Of a DNA stretch of 64,000 bases, positions 57,219-64,000 are shown piece by piece (the first letter of the stretch is position 1; every line of letters starts with the position of its first letter). The DNA lies in the IMG/VR virus record IMGVR_UViG_3300021400_001615, positions 64,001-128,000 of that record, one strand, 5' to 3'. The translations under genes were made by a program, and so were the position numbers. The notes under the pieces are model-generated. The model was not told the DNA's origin. It made no database searches and worked only from the letters and a program-made list of their open reading frames with translations. This DNA comes from a virus. Taxonomy: Duplodnaviria > Caudoviricetes.

Positions 57219-60200
57219 ATGAATATAGTTGTTAAAGTTGTCGGTCAGAGACTTGAGATGGCAACTAATCTAAAAAACTTGGTCGCTGGGACTTAGCAGT
57301 TTATACGATTCATATTCAAGCTTCCCAGCGATTGGAATGGACTCACTGTTCATGCGTAGTTCATTTAGAATGATGAGGTTGTCAATGCTTATCAAGACAC
57401 TCTTGACTCAGAAAATGCGATTTATTTACCGTCGGAAATTAAACCTGGGAATTGTATAATCGTATTATATGGCGAAGATAGTGGTGATGTACGTGCCGTA
57501 ACAGACTATCTCAATATCTATCTGAGTAGCAATATGATTGTTGCTGATGCTCGTGAGATCCGCATGACTGATACTGTTTATAATATGATTATTAAGGCGG
57601 TTACTGGTCAGGAACTCACTTCCGATCAGGTAGAAGCAATTATTAGCACTGATGTAGCTAATATCATGCAGAGGTATCTGGATGAAGGTGTCTTTGCGGA
57701 TATTATCATTGAAGATGGTTCTATTGCTAGGAAAAAGGTAGACGCAAATTTTGAAAATACTCTGAGGAAAGCTGATTCTGCTATTCAGGCTGGAGATTCT
57801 GGTGTGATTACTCGCCCCATGGTTGATAGCGAAATTGAGGGGATTTTTAATAGAGTAGAAAATTGGGAAGTTAATATTGAGGACGGCTCAATTACAAGGG
57901 CAAAGTTAGATGCAGATCTTGAGGCAACACTGGCTCATGCTGATAGTGCTATTACTCCATATGATGGAAGAGTTATCACTCTCAATATGTTAAATCAAAC
58001 TGTTGAGAACATGATTAGAAAAGCAGACAATGCTTTAATGGATACTGACGAAAGTGTTGCAAAGTCTAATCTTGCTCAAGATGTACAGGCTAGTTTGGCA
58101 AAAGCTGATAGTGCTATGCAAGGCATTGGTCCAAAGGCAGTCTCACGAGGAATGCTTGATGACTCTCTTAATGCCATTGCTACTAAAGCGGAAAACGCCA
58201 GTCAGACGATTGTCACTAATACTCTCCCATCATCTCCGGTTGAGGGTGCTGATTACATCCTTAATGAAGATGGTGTTTATATATATTATAAATACATTGA
58301 TGGTGCTTGGAAATTAATAGCAGGATCGCAGACGGTTATTGATACTCAGCTGCCGGATGAAGATGGTAATGCCAATACGGATTATTATATCCTTAATGAA
58401 ATGGGTACATATACTCATTACCGTTGGATTGACGGTGAATACAAACAGGTTGGCGGTGCTTCCACTACTATGGTAATTACCGAATTCCCAGAAACACCGA
58501 TTGAGAGCGTTGACTATATCTATGTACACAACGGTGAGTATGCTTACTATAAATACATTGATGGCGATTGGCGCAAAATTTCTGGTGCAAGCGGTGAAAT
58601 TGTTGAACATGATGACGGTATTGACTATTACATGAATGGTACACCGCAGTCTCACAGTTTAGCACCGGAAGACTATATGGGCAAATACTATCTGGATCTG
58701 GATACGCTGATGGTTTACACGCCCGAAGAAGTTGAGGGTGAAGAAATTACCGAACCAATTGTCTGGTCTGGTTCGCAGCTGATTGCAGAACCGAGCGACA
58801 CCAAGGATTATTATATTCCATTTGAGAACGGTTTCCTGCATTACAGATATCATAATAATGCATTCCATCAGGTTGGTAGTGTTTCTTATACTAGGGAACA
58901 GATTGATGGATTTGTTAATGGTATTGGTAATCGAATCTCCGGCGTTGCGTCAGATGTATCAGAATTGGAAAGTAAGGTTAATAATCTGTCCAACATGGTT
59001 AAGGATGTCACCATCAGCCAGGATAAGAAAACGCTGACGGTTACTTATGCTAATGATGCTACTTCCACGATTGAACTGGACACTGGCATTGACATTGATA
59101 CTACCAGATATAACGTGGATGACGATCATAAGCTGCACTTCTATGATTCCAATGGAAATGAACTTGAGGGTCTTGCCGTTGAAATCACAGGTGCCGGTGG
59201 CGGTGGCGTAATCTCCGGTAGTGTTACTATTGGTCGTGTTTCACCGGCGAATATCCAGAACATTTTCGGCAATGAGTGCTTCATTGATTATACGGTTATG
59301 GCGGTGGATGCAAGTGGCGAACGTGTTGGTGATGGTACTGGTACGTTGTATGTTAATAATGTTGCCGTGGCATCTGGATTCACTGTCTATACATCCGAGG
59401 AAGGTGCTGATAACAGAATTGATATCAGTAACTATCTGTCAGTTGGCACTAATACCGTCAAGATCAGTGTAAGCGTGGATACTGGCGGTGAATCTAATAC
59501 CGTTGCCACAAAGACATGGTCTGTTAATGCTATTAATATGTATCTGAATTGGGATTACACTGACAGTCAGATCAATACTTCTGCTGTTACTGATTACTAC
59601 ACACCTTATGGTGCGCTCAATAAGACTATTTACACGTTTATTGATGTAGAACCTGTTGGTTTCAATCCTAAGATCGTGGACGAATTACCTAGCACTACTG
59701 ACCAAGAATTTAATCCAGATGATGTTGTTGGTATTAACTATTTCGTAAGAAATGGTTCTAGCTACAGTCATTATGTGTATAGTACAGATGAATCAGCTTT
59801 TGTGGCTGGCGTTGGCAGAGTTATTGATGTTAATTCCACTACTCGTTCTGGCGTTATGCAATCTCTCAGTATCCCGATGCAGAGCCATGGATCTCACGCT
59901 GTTGTTAGATTTATGACTGGTGACGTTAATGGTGAGACTATCTCTACAGCGACACAGGTACATGATATGGTATTTGTGGTTGCTGGCGAAACTGCCCCCA
60001 TTGTTGCTACGTCATTCAATACTGCTTCGACCATTCAATATAATACTGTACAGATCCCGATTGTTGTCTATGATCCTAATCGTACTACTACAACAGTTAT
60101 TCTGTCGGAAAATGATCAGGTTGTATCTACGTGGAATGATGTTGATAGGACTGTACATTATTGGAACTATGCACCTACTACTGCCGGAACTAAGACGCTG

Positions 60201-63200
60201 ACGATTAGATGCGGTTCTACCACAAAGACAATTGTGATTGATGTAACTGAACTGGACATCACAGAGGAAGAAGTTCCCGGCTATGATTTCAGATTCAAGG
60301 CATCTGAGATGGCTACTAATTCCGCTGTCCAGGCATGGAGTAATTCTTACACTCCTGTTGGTCAGACGGATGCCAAGACGGTATCCATGCAGTTCTCCAG
60401 AAATTTCGACTGGGTAAATGGTGGTCTCCATACGGAATATGATGAGAACAATCATCTGCGCCAGTATTTCTGTGTACGTGCTGGTACGAGTGTAACCATT
60501 AATTATAACCTGTTTGGTAGAGATTATGACCCGAAGCAGTATGGTAAGAACTTCAAGTTTATTTTCAAGGCCGTAAACTGCCGTACATATGATGCCAATG
60601 TTCTTACATGTATGGATAGTGCTGATAATAATAACGGTGTTGGTCTTGTGATGACAGCCAATGAAGCTACTCTCACTACTGCTAATAACTCTCTGAAGAC
60701 TTATTATTATAAGGATTCCTATATTGAATTTGAGACAAATATTTATCCGAATACGAAGTATCCATATCTTCAGTTCTGGATGGATGGTTCTCATGATACT
60801 ACAAAACTTTATGACTCCAGTGATAGCATTCAGCAAGTAACTCCTACCGGAATTACTATTGGTTCGCCTAACTGTGATGTTTACATCTACATGATTAAGG
60901 CATACCCGATTTATATGTCTAATGATAATGAGATTTCCAACTTTATCATGGACTCTTCGAATGCTTATGACATGGTTGATAGATATAATAGAAATAATAT
61001 TCTTAACGCCAATGGCGAAATTGATTACCAGACATTGGCAACTCTTAATCCGAAACTTCATGTATTGTGTCTAGACATCAATCGAATGAGTACTGGTAAA
61101 AAGGATAACATTGTAGCATATTCTGTGCGACATATTTATAACCAGGGTGGATTAAGTCATTGTTTTACTGTTAATAATGCATGTGTGACGATTCAGGGTA
61201 CATCGTCTGTCGGTTATCTTGAATCTGCCGGTAACGTGGATATTAACTTCAAATATAATCGTAGCTTTACAAGTGATAACGTTTCCTATACAACTGGACA
61301 GGTTGAGTTTGATGATGGGACAACCTCGCAAAAGGGTTACTCTATGACCGACAATTCTATTCCGGTTGACTATATGAACGTTAAGGTAAACGTTGCTTCT
61401 TCTGAGAACGCTAACAATGCCAATAATGCTGATTGGTACAATACTTATCAGCCATGGCATTCACCGGCTCGTAGGAAGAACCCGAAAGCTCGTGACACTA
61501 TGGAATTTGTTCCAGGCGTTATCTTTATCAGAGATCGCTCTGGTGACCTGTTCTATACCGAACAGCAAGATCCTCAGACTGGTCAGACCGTAAAGATTCC
61601 GGATACGCAGAATTATCACATGTACGGTATTTGTGACATTGGTAACTCCAAGAAGAATACCAAAGTATTCCATGACACTAGCAATCCGATTGCTTGCTGT
61701 ATGGAAGTATCCAACAATACTTCTCTCCCGTGTCTGATGTCTTCTAAGGAATATGAGTGGAATGCTGATGATGACGCTACAGTTATGGAACGTGATCCGG
61801 AAACCGGGGAACTTAAGGAACAGAAGGTATTTGAATTCAGATATATTGACGATGATAATTCAGATACCGTAAAACTTGCGGAAAAGGCTTGGGACAGATT
61901 TGTGTCGTTCATGGTTGACTACAACCCGAACCTTGCCACAAATAAACCTCTTGCCCAACCTGTAACATTTGGCACTTATACATTTAAGGGTAGCGGTGAG
62001 TATGATACTAGCGCATTTGATAGTGAAGAATATAATGTTGTATATCTGTATGGATATGGTGATCCGGCAGAATTTGGTTATGCTGCTAGTAAATATGTGA
62101 CTGATACGAGTGCTGGTGCTACTTGTTATTATTACATTAACTATTCAAATGATCAGATCTATTCTAGTAATGGTACTGCATGGACTTCCGCTGGAAGCCT
62201 TGTATGGACTAGAGATCAGGATAGCGTACTTGGTGGTTTGAATATTAACACTTATGCCAAGACATATGATACTGACAGCGCAGAGTATCGTCTTGCCTAT
62301 ATGCTTAATCACTGCGAAGAATATATGATAATGGATCCCGTTGTGTATCATTTCGTATTTATCGAATCATTCCTGATGACTGATAGTGTAGCTAAGAATA
62401 CATTCTGGTCTAGTGATGATCTTGTTCATTGGGAACTTTCGAAGAATTATGATGACGACACTAGTCTGGGCAACGATGAATAACATTGTCGTTGTAAAAC
62501 TCTTTCTAATATACGGCGAACACCCAGAGATGGACAACGCCTTCCAACCGAATTTCGGGGGAACAACGACTGAATGAAAGAGGCGCAGTTTATCTGCGTA
62601 TGCAACAGTCTGAACTGCAACTATAATCTAAAAATGAAATTGCAGAGGGATGGTCAAGTGTAAAGACACTTTTGGAAGCACCACCCCCGCCTGTTGAAAA
62701 ACAGGTCATAAAAGTAACAGATTGAATGTTGGTGGCCTTTCGTTCACATACGGCTTGGAAACTGACGATACTGTTGGTTCAAGTTATGTATTTAATGCTC
62801 ATGATGCATCCTGGATTACTTTCTGCCGTGGCATATTTGTCGCATGTCAGACAATGTACCGCAATAGAGAAAGCGCAGGATGTTTCAACTCGGCTAATTA
62901 TCTTAAAAAGGTAAAGGCTTGGCAGGATGCCAGACCAGAGCGTGTATGGGTAGCAGACGCACAGCGGAAATATCTGCGCCCATTTGAGGACAATGGAACC
63001 AGAACGTATCTTCCGATGCTTGCCGGACGAAAGACTCATCAGAGAGAACAGGTTAAAACCTATAATGAGTATTACTATGCATCAAAATATGTGAGTGATC
63101 TTTGTACCGCTCAGAATATCATGGTACGTGGTAATACGCCAACTGAATGGCAAGGTGTTGCACCGGCAAATACCGCAACGTTGTCAATGTACATTAACTG

Positions 63201-64000
63201 CTATATTGTTGTTGCTTCTACTAGCTATAACGTTGTTGCTAAGACAAGGGCTGTTCGTGGACAGTCTTATGTCATGGACTTCTCCACTATTGGTTCAATG
63301 GGTGAAACAGAATTGTACTTCTGCTCTGCTCCGATGATTACCGAACTTAGTGGATTAGCGCATCTGTATTTCAAGCAGAACAACTTTGCAATGGGTACGA
63401 ATTTGCAGCGTCTTGAGGTTGGTTCGAATGTGGAAGGTTATTCAAACCAGAACCTTGAGAGCTTAACAATTGGTAACAATAAGATGCTTGAATACTTAGA
63501 TGTTAGAAATTGCCCGAATGCAACTGGCGCACTTGATCTGTCTGGATGCTTATCTCTGAGAGAATTATATCTTGATAATACCGCATTTACTGGTATTACA
63601 TTCGCAACTGGTGGACTTCTTGAAGTTGCCCATCTTCCACATCCGACAGTAATAACAATGCGTGAACTTATTTATCTCCAGAAACTTCTGCTTGAAGGTT
63701 CTGATAACATAACAACTCTGAGGATTGAGGATTGTGATTTTGATGATGCTACCGAGTTAACAATCGGTGACACTACTACTCCGCAATCCACAATGGATAT
63801 CACGTTAAATCTTGTCAATTCCTCGCCATTACTTAACAGAGTAAGGTTAATAGGTCTTGACTGGATTGTACCAGAAACAAAAGTACTAAACAGGTTGATT
63901 GGATTTGCCGGTATTGGAGATAACGGATATGATTCTGCTCAATCAATATTAACTGGTAAAACTTACGTCAACGGTTCTATCCGTGTAAGAGAGATCAATG
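57219..64000 (+). CDS. Giant multidomain protein (repeats, CotH-kinase-like region, LRR); exons 57219-62477 and 62725->64000; 3' truncated
   Basis: TAG only at codons 26, 47, 50; IQGTSS, DSVAKNTF, NYDDDTSLGND/NVGGL..YGLE; LRR LEYLDVRNCP..LDLSGCLSLRELYL. Confidence 0.75.
62478..62724 (+). ncRNA. Group I intron (247 nt, ORF-less)
   Basis: Perfect P1 CAACGAT/GTCGTTG, P10 CATT/AATG; TATACGGCGAA..CAACGCC, CAACGACTG / CAACAGTCT; ends G. Confidence 0.88.

Noticed and set aside
181-63039. Minus-strand ORFs in the track (e.g. 13007-14086, 60012-61061)
   Set aside because: Antisense shadows of + strand genes with no recognisable motifs.
49304-64000. Diversity-generating retroelement targeting tail genes
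   Set aside because: No reverse transcriptase and no TR/VR repeat pair visible in this window.

Overview
This window is the morphogenesis (late) region of a large, AT-rich tailed phage of Firmicutes with SPbeta-like gene order. The order is YonO-type RNA polymerase, HU, PhoH, ClpP, YonK/YonJ-like, terminase, portal, protease/scaffold, capsid, neck, tail tube, recombinase, tape measure, distal tail, tail tip, and a giant CotH/LRR-like protein, all on the + strand. The fragmented ORF track is an artefact of the genetic code: TAG is read as sense, almost certainly Gln (code 15). TAG sits at conserved Gln positions (terminase TLK*AN, endonuclease EFDGI*H), while every gene traced ends in TAA or TGA. 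Six group I introns are present: two in a neck gene, and one each in the tail tube, tape measure, giant CotH-like gene and a tRNA. The headline system is a Trp-framework tRNA whose anticodon is split by an Azoarcus-like self-splicing intron; splicing creates CUA, the amber decoder the virion genes need. Genes upstream of the terminase are TAG-free, and many late genes carry TAG only near their 5' ends, suggesting a transcription -> splicing -> recoding gate on virion production. All family assignments come from motif and synteny recognition by eye; no searches were run.
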